Source of the DNA: Bacteriovoracia bacterium
GTDB lineage: Bacteria; Bdellovibrionota; Bacteriovoracia; Bacteriovoracales; Bacteriovoracaceae
Assembly (NCBI GenBank): GCA_046570105.1
Contig: JBKHVI010000019.1
Coordinates: forward strand, 1-42,978
Direction: 5' to 3'
DNA: 42,978 bases
Part shown: piece after piece, positions 27,303 through 36,225 of the stretch
Numbering within the stretch: position 1 is the first letter of the stretch
Layout of the letters: every line of letters begins with the position of its first letter
Made by a program: the position numbers and the translations under genes
The notes under the pieces: generated by a model
The model's input: only the letters and a program-made list of their open reading frames with translations
The model's database searches: none
Told to the model about the DNA's origin: nothing

Positions 27303-28004
27303 ATGCAATTTCAATACATTGGCAATATCCAGTCGGAGTTCCCGGAAAAGTTTGGTTTACCCAAACAACCAGGGCTCGCCCCCGGGCTCAAAGCGGTATT
27401 GCGGCTAAGTGGTGAATTTGGTCACGAAACACTTAGTCGCGGACTTGAGGAATGCAGCCATCTTTGGGTGCTTTTTCACTTCCATCAGAGTGAGCCGTTT
27501 CGTGGAGGTACAGTTCGCCCACCGGTACTAGGTGGAGAAAAGCGGATGGGAGTTTTTGCGACTCGATCTCCTCATCGCCCCAATCCGATCGGGCTCTCAT
27601 TAGTTAAAAACGAAGGTGTTGAATTCATCGATGGTGCTATTCGAATTCATGTGAGTGGTCATGATTTTGTGGATGGAACTCCCATTCTAGATATTAAGCC
27701 TTACGTCGTATCTTATGATCGACCTCAAGGTATAAGTTCTCATTGGTCAGATGCGATTGAGCAAAAGCGTGTCCAGATCAATTGGAGTGATAAGGCGAAA
27801 GATGAATTACAAAGGCTCGGCCGCTTTGAACAAAAATCTACTATCGAGCAAGTTTTGGCCTTGGATCCCAGACCAAGAGTAGCAAAGAGCGATGCTGTAT
27901 TTGGGATGAGCTTTGCAGGGCTCAATATAAGTTTTCAGTCTATGGGTGTGGAGATTTTAGTCGTGAATGTTTCGCTCTTAGAGAATTCGCAGCGAGTAAA
28001 ATAA
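27303..28004 (+). CDS. tsaA: tRNA m6t6A37 methyltransferase TrmO
   Basis: EKFGLPKQPGL, TVRPP, GVFATRSPHRPNPIGLS, DGTPILDIKPY and LALDPRP motifs. Confidence 0.93.
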   Translation: MQFQYIGNIQSEFPEKFGLPKQPGLAPGLKAVLRLSGEFGHETLSRGLEECSHLWVLFHFHQSEPFRGGTVRPPVLGGEKRMGVFATRSPHRPNPIGLSLVKNEGVEFIDGAIRIHVSGHDFVDGTPILDIKPYVVSYDRPQGISSHWSDAIEQKRVQINWSDKAKDELQRLGRFEQKSTIEQVLALDPRPRVAKSDAVFGMSFAGLNISFQSMGVEILVVNVSLLENSQRVK

Positions 28005-28100
28005 GTTAATTCTGTGAAAGGAAGATTAACTCGGTCGGATAAGATTTCAACATGCGCTATGGGCCAAGGAGTATAATATTCTTAGACAATAAGGATATCT

Positions 28101-28904
28101 ATGGCGCTTCACTTTCTCCTCTGGAGACGTAAATCAATTTGGCTTCTCACTGGTGCTGCGATTGCCATTGTTTTTACTGGGCACAGTCTGATTGATTGGC
28201 AACTCAACTCAACTTTAGCTGTGGGATGGATCACCGTCGCTTTAGTTGGATTCGTTTACGGAATGGATTCACTTACAGACTTTGAACATCCACTTAAGGC
28301 CTTGGTATCAACAGCAGGACTTAAACTTTTACCACTTTTGATTTCAGGATTGTTAGTCGCCTACTGGCGTGGACACGCCACTGTCGTAAGTGCCATCGCC
28401 ATTTTAATTTTAGGTTTTTCCTATTCCTATCCCATCAATACCGCGACAGGGATTTTTCGTTTGAAATCTCTCACTGGTATTAAGAGTGCTTGGATTGGAG
28501 TGGGGTGGGCGCTATTGGTTTACTTAGGCGCAGGATCATTTGAAATTGACTACGCCCACTGGGCTGCAGCCTTTGTTTCTCTGCAAGTGATGGCAGGAAG
28601 TGTGTTGCGAGATTTGGATGACCTTGAAGAAGATCGCATCAGTGGAACCCGTACTCTTCCTCTCGTATTAGGTGAAAATGCGACTTATGCTTTTTTACAT
28701 GCCTTAAATTTGTCTAGCGGTCTGATGTTGTTCTTCATGCCTCTTCCATGGGCATTATGGTGGCTGTTGGTTCTTGTTTGGCGAGCCGCCAATTTGGAAT
28801 GGCTGCGCTTAGGCAATCCGGGGCACTATGCAACTCAGTATATGAATCTCGCGACGTGCGGTGTGATTTTTTTAATAAGGATGGTTTTTTATGTCTTGGA
28901 TTGA
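28101..28904 (+). CDS. UbiA-superfamily prenyltransferase 1
   Basis: Multi-TM protein; VYGMDSLTD (degenerate motif I), YSYP...RLK and RDLDDLEEDRISGTRTLP (motif II); AAGGA SD, TATAAT at 28072-28077. Confidence 0.85.
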   Translation: MALHFLLWRRKSIWLLTGAAIAIVFTGHSLIDWQLNSTLAVGWITVALVGFVYGMDSLTDFEHPLKALVSTAGLKLLPLLISGLLVAYWRGHATVVSAIAILILGFSYSYPINTATGIFRLKSLTGIKSAWIGVGWALLVYLGAGSFEIDYAHWAAAFVSLQVMAGSVLRDLDDLEEDRISGTRTLPLVLGENATYAFLHALNLSSGLMLFFMPLPWALWWLLVLVWRAANLEWLRLGNPGHYATQYMNLATCGVIFLIRMVFYVLD

Positions 28905-29400
28905 ATCAATTCCTTCTGCTCACTTTGCCTATGCCATGATCTTTTTCGGAGTAGTCTTTGGAGTATTTTGGTATTTCGATCACAAAACACATTTAACGAT
29001 CTGGAAAAAAGATATTACCGATGGTGAACTTCGTACCCATCGGATGATTATGTATGCGAGCTATGTCCTGATGTTGTCTTTGCTCTTGATGACATGGTGG
29101 CCAGGACTTGCTTTGTTCTTGTTTGTAGGTGCCTGGATCACACGTACACTTCATGAATTCATGGATGAGTTGCACTGGCATCTTCCTCGTTGTTCAGAAA
29201 AAGAAACATTGATTCATATGGTGATGTGGATCAGTATCCACGCTGGAACAGCCGTCACATTTAGCTGGGGATTCTTCCGTCAGTATGATGGCTTTGCCAC
29301 TTTGGGGTGGCCAATACACGCTGCTTTTATCTTAGTCTTTCTTGGATATAGCTATATCGGCAATCGCGAAGTCATGGATTATCGCGGCGGAAGAAACTAA
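28891..29400 (+). CDS. Small membrane protein with repeated (D/E)xxxH motifs
   Basis: About 5 hydrophobic segments; DHKTH...ELRTH and DELHWH...ETLIH. Confidence 0.7.
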   Translation: MSWIESIPSAHFAYAMIFFGVVFGVFWYFDHKTHLTIWKKDITDGELRTHRMIMYASYVLMLSLLLMTWWPGLALFLFVGAWITRTLHEFMDELHWHLPRCSEKETLIHMVMWISIHAGTAVTFSWGFFRQYDGFATLGWPIHAAFILVFLGYSYIGNREVMDYRGGRN

Positions 29401-29402
29401 CA

Positions 29403-30920
29403 ATGATTTTATCCTGGCTAGCATGGATGCTAGCTGTTTATGCTCACACGATCACAATTACCGATCTTCGATCGCGCTGTGATGAAATGACCAATGCAGG
29501 CGTCACAGAAATGCAAGGCTATCAAGTTACTGAACGCAAACCGTGGTACTTGTTCCATGTACGTCGTTTATGTGAACAACAAGAAAATCTTTTTGATGAA
29601 GGTAAGTTCCCAGATCTAAAAAAATGGGAAGAACTCAATCTTATCTATCTCTCCTTTGTGGAACGTCATCGAATTGAAGAGGGTGTAAGTCTTTTAGAAA
29701 TTTTAGGAATGGGCCTCGCCCATGACATTTCACCTTATATTTTGCGTTTTAAAAAACGTGTAGTGATAGAGAAGGAAATCCAAGATAACTTGTTTTGGTC
29801 ACTGCCTCAAAAGCCACTTGCAAAGGCGTTTGAGCGCCAGGCACGAGCAGCGGGAGTTGCTGCTGATTTTAAATGGCTTCGCTTAGATAAATTAGAAGGC
29901 AAGGGGAGTATCCCCAAAGTGCATGCCGATGATTTACGAAATGGATCCCGTTGGCTCTTGAAATGGGGAGATGAAATCCATAGTGATCCTGTAGCTTCAC
30001 GTTTTTTCGCAGGACTTGGGTTCAACGTCGATTACCCTTTTTTTAAGGGTAAGGGCGAGTTCCGCTTATTACTTGGGCGCCAAGGGCGAAAAAAACGCAC
30101 CATTAAGCAGTTGGTTAACTTTATTCACAATAGTTACAAAGTGAACTTAAGCCCCTTTATCACTCAAACCGGCATTGTGACTGCAGAGATGATTGAGCAA
30201 GAGCCACTTTTGGCTGGAAAGCTAGGTGAGACCTATCTTGAATTTATCGGCACGGCGCTAGAACCTCGTCCTACTCAAGAAACACGCTTGGGTCCCATCA
30301 TGATGGATTCTCTGAATAATTCTCAGCGAAGAGAACTTCAGGGAGCAGTTCTCGCTCATATGTGGCTTGGTAATTGGGATACCAAAGCGGCCAACACACT
30401 TCTTACGATTGTGAATCAAAATGGATCAACTTACCTTAAGGGGTCTTTTAGTGACCTAGGTGTTTCGCTTGGTGTTTCCATAAGCAAATTTCCACGGGAC
30501 TTGAAAGCGGGACTCGTGAATGAACTTTCTTGGGATCTACTCAAGGAGCAAGGAAATAAAGTCCATTTCTATGCACGAATGAATCATCTTCCAATGGCGT
30601 GGAGAACAGCAGACTGGAGTGATCTTCACTGGATGGCCCAACAGATCGCTCAATTAACTTCTGATGACGCCCAAGAGATACTTCTTCATTCAGGTTGGCC
30701 TGCCAATATTCAAAAACTCTATTTATATAAATTAGCTGAACGTCGTCATCAAATTCTTAGGATGTTTCAAATAACTGATCCTCATCCGTGGCCAAGAAAT
30801 ACAGCATATCAGGATCTTCCTACTATTAAGGGTGGTCTATTGTTACTTGAACCCGATATCAAGAACTATCCTCAAGGTCTTTTTCACAAGACAGGTCGCT
30901 TTAGGGGGTATGGATGGTGA
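29403..30920 (+). CDS. Putative exported protein with an atypical kinase-like fold
   Basis: Signal-like N-terminus; GKGSIPK...WLLKWGDE, LGNWDTKAAN and FSDLG motifs. The ORF is certain; the fold is inferred. Confidence 0.6.
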   Translation: MILSWLAWMLAVYAHTITITDLRSRCDEMTNAGVTEMQGYQVTERKPWYLFHVRRLCEQQENLFDEGKFPDLKKWEELNLIYLSFVERHRIEEGVSLLEILGMGLAHDISPYILRFKKRVVIEKEIQDNLFWSLPQKPLAKAFERQARAAGVAADFKWLRLDKLEGKGSIPKVHADDLRNGSRWLLKWGDEIHSDPVASRFFAGLGFNVDYPFFKGKGEFRLLLGRQGRKKRTIKQLVNFIHNSYKVNLSPFITQTGIVTAEMIEQEPLLAGKLGETYLEFIGTALEPRPTQETRLGPIMMDSLNNSQRRELQGAVLAHMWLGNWDTKAANTLLTIVNQNGSTYLKGSFSDLGVSLGVSISKFPRDLKAGLVNELSWDLLKEQGNKVHFYARMNHLPMAWRTADWSDLHWMAQQIAQLTSDDAQEILLHSGWPANIQKLYLYKLAERRHQILRMFQITDPHPWPRNTAYQDLPTIKGGLLLLEPDIKNYPQGLFHKTGRFRGYGW

Positions 30921-31801
30921 AACTTATTATTCTGCTGGGGTTGAGCCTAGTAATATCAGCTAAAAATCGCATAGAAGAACAAAGAAAGTATTCACCTACT
31001 ATGAGCACAGAATTTCCCAAAGAGAGATTCTTGGTAGGGGATTTTCGTTTTCATCCCCATGATTTGTATTATGCGACAGATATTTATTTTGCCGACAATA
31101 ATGAGAGATTAATTCTGGCTGGTCTGGGACTTCGTTTGAGAAAAGTTCAGAAAGGAAAACTTGCCCCCCAATACGTTCTACAGCTTAAGACTGAAATGGA
31201 ATTACCCGGATCACCACGAATTGAAGAAGAGGAGCGTGATCTTGCTCATCAGAAAATCGAAGGGGTGAGTATCATCTCGATAATAGACAGAATTAGTGAG
31301 AGTAAAAAGATAACTGAGCTTGATGCGAGATTACTCAACGCATGGATGGAGCGCAAAGCTAGTTCAAGCTTGGCCCCCTTTCAGGAACTCAGGCGCCGTA
31401 AAATTTCGTCGAAGGAATTATTTCCGGTTGTTTTTGGCGTCTCAAATCGTCAGCGCTATCACGTTCTCGTTGATCGAAGAGAGAAAATTTCTGAACTTAT
31501 AATGCTCCAAGATTCAGAGAAAAACCCGCTCCTCGTTCCAGCCGTTTTTAGTTCCAATTCGCAATGGATATGGCTGATGGAAGCTTCTTGGGATGAGTCT
31601 CGTTTTTATAAACAAACTGGTTTAGGACAGCCGCTCATTATCCAAGAACTCGAAATCGAGAACAAGTATCGCCCGCGAGAAATGGGTACTAAACTCATGA
31701 ATCAACTAGAGTCTCAGCTAATTCCCAAATTTAATTTTTCCTTAGGTCGTGAATCAAAATTTATCCGTGCTCATAAGCATTTTAAGGAGCAAGTCCCATG
31801 A
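30914..31801 (+). CDS. CYTH / triphosphate-tunnel-like protein with N-terminal signal or anchor
   Basis: IEEQRKY (ExExK variant), TDIYF, LRLRK, LQLK, R.RY, SWDES, ELEIE and ESK in CYTH order. Confidence 0.7.
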   Translation: MVKLIILLGLSLVISAKNRIEEQRKYSPTMSTEFPKERFLVGDFRFHPHDLYYATDIYFADNNERLILAGLGLRLRKVQKGKLAPQYVLQLKTEMELPGSPRIEEEERDLAHQKIEGVSIISIIDRISESKKITELDARLLNAWMERKASSSLAPFQELRRRKISSKELFPVVFGVSNRQRYHVLVDRREKISELIMLQDSEKNPLLVPAVFSSNSQWIWLMEASWDESRFYKQTGLGQPLIIQELEIENKYRPREMGTKLMNQLESQLIPKFNFSLGRESKFIRAHKHFKEQVP

Positions 31802-32688
31802 AGGAATTATCTCTCTATTTTATTCACATGAGACCGAAAACTTTTTTACCAAGTTTTGTCTTTGTTGTTTCGGGCTATGCACTTAATCCTGATAAGTCGC
31901 GCTGGATGATTGATCTCCCCCTCTTGTTCATCGTTTATAGTGTTCTACTTTTTGGCGGTACATGTGCACTTAACACCCATGTCGATCGAGATGTAGGCCC
32001 CTTAAACTTCTTAGAAAATCCACCACCCCGTCCAAAATTTCTAGGTCACTTTGGCATCTTATGCATGGTGCTCGCCTGCGGATGGATGTGGTTCTATGGG
32101 CCCTATCCTTTCTGGTGCTCGGTTTCTGCTCTGATTTTGTCCTATGCGTATTCAGGAAGAATTCCTGGAATCAAGTGGCGAGGTAAAGAAGTAGGGGGAG
32201 TGGATCTCTTTATCGATGCAGCTGGGTGTGGAATTGTCGCAATTTTATTGGGAGCATCGATCTCGGGAGTGGAACCAACTCTTCGCACCTGGGCGATAGG
32301 CATTCTATTTACGCTTACAGTTGCCGGAAGCTATGCCGCCACTCAAATCTTTCAACTCAAAGAGGGTGATAACTATCAAATTGCCAGAAATTTTTCGAGC
32401 CTGTTGGGTGCTGGGCGTGCCTTGCGCATAGGGGCCATTATGCTGGTGTCGGGATGGTTTGGAATTGCATTCATGTTGTATCAAGAAACGCGCAGCATGG
32501 TCATTGCATCCATCCCTTCCATTCTCTACACCGTTTTCACGTTGCTTTTTTTCTGGGGTGTTTATCAATGTATCCGATGGTCCAAGGCCCCTTTCGTTAA
32601 TGCTACTCCGCAATTTAAATCTGTTATATTCACTCTCTTGGGAGCGCGTCTATTCTGGATTGCAGCCGAATGGTGCCGCTTACCGTGA
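31798..32688 (+). CDS. UbiA-superfamily prenyltransferase 2
   Basis: MRPKTF, ALNTHVDRDVGP (NxxxDxD), YAYS...W and TQIFQLKEGD variant second motif; multi-TM. Confidence 0.8.
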   Translation: MKELSLYFIHMRPKTFLPSFVFVVSGYALNPDKSRWMIDLPLLFIVYSVLLFGGTCALNTHVDRDVGPLNFLENPPPRPKFLGHFGILCMVLACGWMWFYGPYPFWCSVSALILSYAYSGRIPGIKWRGKEVGGVDLFIDAAGCGIVAILLGASISGVEPTLRTWAIGILFTLTVAGSYAATQIFQLKEGDNYQIARNFSSLLGAGRALRIGAIMLVSGWFGIAFMLYQETRSMVIASIPSILYTVFTLLFFWGVYQCIRWSKAPFVNATPQFKSVIFTLLGARLFWIAAEWCRLP

Positions 32689-34916
32689 GAACACTTGTTG
32701 TCGCTTTAAGTTTATTCGTGGTTGTCGCTTCGGCTTTATTGGTAAAGTCGACCATCAAGCCATTTAATATCACCAGCGTTCTTAGTTCAAAAGATAAAGC
32801 CTTCAAGTCCTATCAAGAACACGAAAGAAAGTATCGTGATGAAATGCAAGTGTATGTTCTGCTTGAATCAGAAGTTGCTTGGACGAAACGATCAGATTTT
32901 TTCGATAAGCTTGCCATCACTGCAACAGAGCTAAAAAAAATCCCCCAACTGGCCAATGTCTCCTCGCTCTTCGATGCAGAGTATGTTGTTAGAGAGAACG
33001 ATAGAACATTTTTACGTACTTTTTTTGAGCAAAAGAGTTTGAGATCAGAAGGTCTAGCGAAACTTAGATCAGAAGCTATTTACCAAAATTCATTTCTTGA
33101 TAAAACGGAGAAAGCAACTTTGATTGCACTTCGTTTGCGCGACAAAACAACAAAAGCCGGTCCATCTCCCGTTATCAGAGAAATCAATCAAGTACTCTCA
33201 CGTTTAGAGGCCAAGGATTTCTCGATTAAAGGACACATCTTAGGGACAGAAGTTGCCAGGGATGCATTTGTAACAGAGGTTATCCAGGGCCAGACAAAAC
33301 TTTTACCATTGATTCTACTGCTTATTCTCGGATTAATGTGGCTCTTGTTTAGATCATGGCGAGTTTGTTTTTTGAGCTTTTATGTTATGGCCCTAAGTTA
33401 TTTTTTAACTGTCGCCTTTATTACTTTGTGTGAAGGTAGCATTAATCCATTTTCTTCCTTTGCCCTGCTATTTATACTTATTATTTCAACAGCAGACTTA
33501 GTACATCTCTTTTCAGCGCTGGCCCATCGAACAGAGACAGATCCAAAAGAGCGTCTAAGTAAAGCGATAGAAGCTATTCGCAGACCCTGTTGGATTTGTG
33601 CTGTAACCACATGGATAGGTCTCCTCTCATTGCTGGCAGCAAACATTCCTCCAGTGCGTTGGTTTGGACTTTATTGTGCCCTTGGATCGGCGATCGCTTT
33701 TTTCTTAACGTTCTATCTCTTGCCGAAACTGATCTTACTTTTTCGTGTCGACCTCGATTTGCAACGACCTATCAAAAAATTGGAAGGAATTAAGGTACAC
33801 ACTTGGGCAGCCCGTTTTCGTTGGCCAGTTATTATCGGTTTCCTGATTTTTTCAGTTACCTCTCTCTCGCTCTCTAGCCAGCTTAAACCTGCTGACAATT
33901 TGTATGAGAAGTTTGTGCAAGATCATAAACTTTCAATCGCTGTCGCCAAGTTCCAAAAGTACTTTCAATTCGCAGGCAGTATTGACTTAGTCTTAAAGAC
34001 GGATCGATCAAAGTTTTGGGAACCGGCACAAGAGGAAGCACTAAGTTCTCTAGAAAAAGAAATCCAAGAGATACCTGGTGTGGCTCACGTAAGAGGTCTT
34101 TCTGGACATCAGAAATTGATTCGTAATTTGTTTCAAGATAAGGGCGATATCCGGAGTTATCCTTTCAAGAAAGACAGTCAGCTCAAAGGTTCAATGGGGT
34201 TTGCTGAGGATTTTGGTATCACCAGTGATGTCATGCCTTTAGGTCATAATGAAGCGCGTATTATCGTTTTCTTGAAATCTCTTGAATCTGAAGACATGTT
34301 ACTTATTACTAACGAATTAGAAAAATTAGCAAAGAAAGAACAGTATCGACAATTTTTCAAAGCAGAGATTGGTGGTTTTTCTACTGTTAGATCAGCGATT
34401 CTTCATGCCATTTTTGATGGATTCGTTTGGTCATTTACATTAGATGTCATCTGTATATTTTTGAGCTTTGTTATTTTCTTTAGATCTCTAAAATGGGCCC
34501 TGTTAGCGATGATACCTAACTTTATTCCTTTGCTCGCCGTGGGTGGCCTGATGAGCATCTCTGGAATGAGTTTTGATATCAATTTAATTGTTATGATTGC
34601 ATTGATACTAGGAATCGCAGTGGATGATACAACTCACTTTCTTTATCATCTTCAAGCAGGTCTTGATCGTCAGATGATTATGAGTGAAGCCGTTCATTAT
34701 GCAGTCAAAGAGTCTTCGGTGGCCTTAACAAGTACCACGGCCATATTTGTTCTGACCTTACCGACCTTTTTCCTGACTAATGTCTTAATGTTCAATCAAG
34801 TTGCCATCATTCTCATTTTGTCTTTGATTCTAGGCTTGGCCGGTGACATGATTGTTTTGCCAGCAATATTAGCAGTAAAATCCATCCAAAAATTCCTAAC
34901 AAGGAAAGTGATATGA
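32670..34916 (+). CDS. MMPL/RND family lipid exporter
   Basis: Duplicated TM + periplasmic domain + 5TM architecture; IISTADLVH and GIAVDDTTHF motifs; alternative GTG start at 32685 overlaps the upstream stop. Confidence 0.9.
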   Translation: MVPLTVRTLVVALSLFVVVASALLVKSTIKPFNITSVLSSKDKAFKSYQEHERKYRDEMQVYVLLESEVAWTKRSDFFDKLAITATELKKIPQLANVSSLFDAEYVVRENDRTFLRTFFEQKSLRSEGLAKLRSEAIYQNSFLDKTEKATLIALRLRDKTTKAGPSPVIREINQVLSRLEAKDFSIKGHILGTEVARDAFVTEVIQGQTKLLPLILLLILGLMWLLFRSWRVCFLSFYVMALSYFLTVAFITLCEGSINPFSSFALLFILIISTADLVHLFSALAHRTETDPKERLSKAIEAIRRPCWICAVTTWIGLLSLLAANIPPVRWFGLYCALGSAIAFFLTFYLLPKLILLFRVDLDLQRPIKKLEGIKVHTWAARFRWPVIIGFLIFSVTSLSLSSQLKPADNLYEKFVQDHKLSIAVAKFQKYFQFAGSIDLVLKTDRSKFWEPAQEEALSSLEKEIQEIPGVAHVRGLSGHQKLIRNLFQDKGDIRSYPFKKDSQLKGSMGFAEDFGITSDVMPLGHNEARIIVFLKSLESEDMLLITNELEKLAKKEQYRQFFKAEIGGFSTVRSAILHAIFDGFVWSFTLDVICIFLSFVIFFRSLKWALLAMIPNFIPLLAVGGLMSISGMSFDINLIVMIALILGIAVDDTTHFLYHLQAGLDRQMIMSEAVHYAVKESSVALTSTTAIFVLTLPTFFLTNVLMFNQVAIILILSLILGLAGDMIVLPAILAVKSIQKFLTRKVI

Positions 34917-35581
34917 GTGCAACTAATACTTTCGAAGACTACTTGGCCAATCAAGCCCCTCAAATTGATATTGGGCAATTTGCCTTGAATTTAGGAACCG
35001 CCGGGATTCTGGCTGGGCTGATGGCCTTGCTTTACTCAAAATGGGGAAGGGGGCAGTCACACCGAACACTGTTTGCCACAAATTTTTTCCTTCTCACTAT
35101 GACAACGATGCTTGTTATTAGTGTTGTTAAGTCCTCTTTGGCGCTCTCGCTAGGACTGGTTGGTGCACTCTCGGTTGTTCGTTTCCGTACTGCCATCAAA
35201 GATCCAGAAGAGTTGTCTTTTTTATTTTTATCAATTGCTGTTGGCCTAGGTTTAGGAGCGGATCAAAGAATTGTAACAGTTGCAGGCCTTGGTATCATCT
35301 TGGCAGTCTATGCTATCTTAAAAGTACGTGGTGGTGCGGTTAACCGACCAGGCTCACTTTATGTGCATGTAAGTGATCTGGTAGGAGCGAGCCTAACTGA
35401 TTTGGAGGCAACTATTTCTCCCCATAGTCTTCGTGCCAAACTCAAACGTTCTTCAGAGACAGAAGTCGTCTATCTCGTTGAAGTGAAAGCCACTGCCCAA
35501 ATAGAATCATTGAGGGCTGCTTTAAAGAGTAAGTGGCCACAAGGAAAGATCTTAATTACGGAATACCAAGATTTAGCCTAA
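34913..35581 (+). CDS. DUF4956 membrane protein
   Basis: SSLALSLGLVGALSVVRFRTAIKDPEELSFLFLSIAVGLGLG signature, followed by an ACT-like C-terminal domain. Confidence 0.92.
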   Translation: MSATNTFEDYLANQAPQIDIGQFALNLGTAGILAGLMALLYSKWGRGQSHRTLFATNFFLLTMTTMLVISVVKSSLALSLGLVGALSVVRFRTAIKDPEELSFLFLSIAVGLGLGADQRIVTVAGLGIILAVYAILKVRGGAVNRPGSLYVHVSDLVGASLTDLEATISPHSLRAKLKRSSETEVVYLVEVKATAQIESLRAALKSKWPQGKILITEYQDLA

Positions 35582-36225
35582 TGCGTATCTTCGCTGCGAT
35601 AGTATTTTCGATTGGGATATTTTTGGCTGGGTTTTACTGGCACAAGACTCACCATGAAGTCGTCGAACTCTCGCTTGATATTGGCTTTCGCAGTCTACAA
35701 AGGCTCGCATTTGATGAAGTCTCGCAATCACATCTTGCTGAACTTGTACGAGCTGAACTGACAATTAAAGGCCGTCAAACACCTGTACTCTTAGAAGCGC
35801 TCTCCCAGCAAGAAAACAAAAAACTTTCTGCTATCAAAGTAACTGTGGACGAGAAAGATGCCTTTGAGCCCCGTCATATGCTTCTAATTGTTAATGATGT
35901 TGTGATGGGCAATCAGGATAATGAATTGATGAGAGAGCTCCAACTTCAAGTCGCTCCACTTTATATCAATGGAAAGAGAGTCTCTCAATATGCACTTATC
36001 ACTGAACCTTTTTTTAAACTGGTAGCTGTTGGGCAAGGGCCAATTGCACGTCGTGTGAATGGAGTCATCGAGCTTTCTTACCAGTCTAAACAATTGCCCA
36101 TCATGAGCGACATCCTTCAACGTGAAGCAAGTAAGTTTCCAAAAACGACAGATGAAACTTGGTGGTATTGGAATAAAGAAAAATGGGTTAAGTTTGGTAG
36201 CTGGCCTGCAGGTTGGCCGTTATGA
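35581..36225 (+). CDS. Membrane-anchored protein resembling only the N-terminal part of CotH kinases
   Basis: ATG at 35581 (TAATG overlap); TM helix; VRAELTIKG...V and LYINGKRVSQYALITEP resemble the CotH N-lobe; 214 aa; lies between DUF4956 and VTC genes. Confidence 0.5.
   Translation: MRIFAAIVFSIGIFLAGFYWHKTHHEVVELSLDIGFRSLQRLAFDEVSQSHLAELVRAELTIKGRQTPVLLEALSQQENKKLSAIKVTVDEKDAFEPRHMLLIVNDVVMGNQDNELMRELQLQVAPLYINGKRVSQYALITEPFFKLVAVGQGPIARRVNGVIELSYQSKQLPIMSDILQREASKFPKTTDETWWYWNKEKWVKFGSWPAGWPL

Noticed and set aside
28004..28031. AGTTAAT...ATTAACT inverted repeat after trmO as a terminator
   Set aside because: Short AT-rich stem, large loop and no U-tract.
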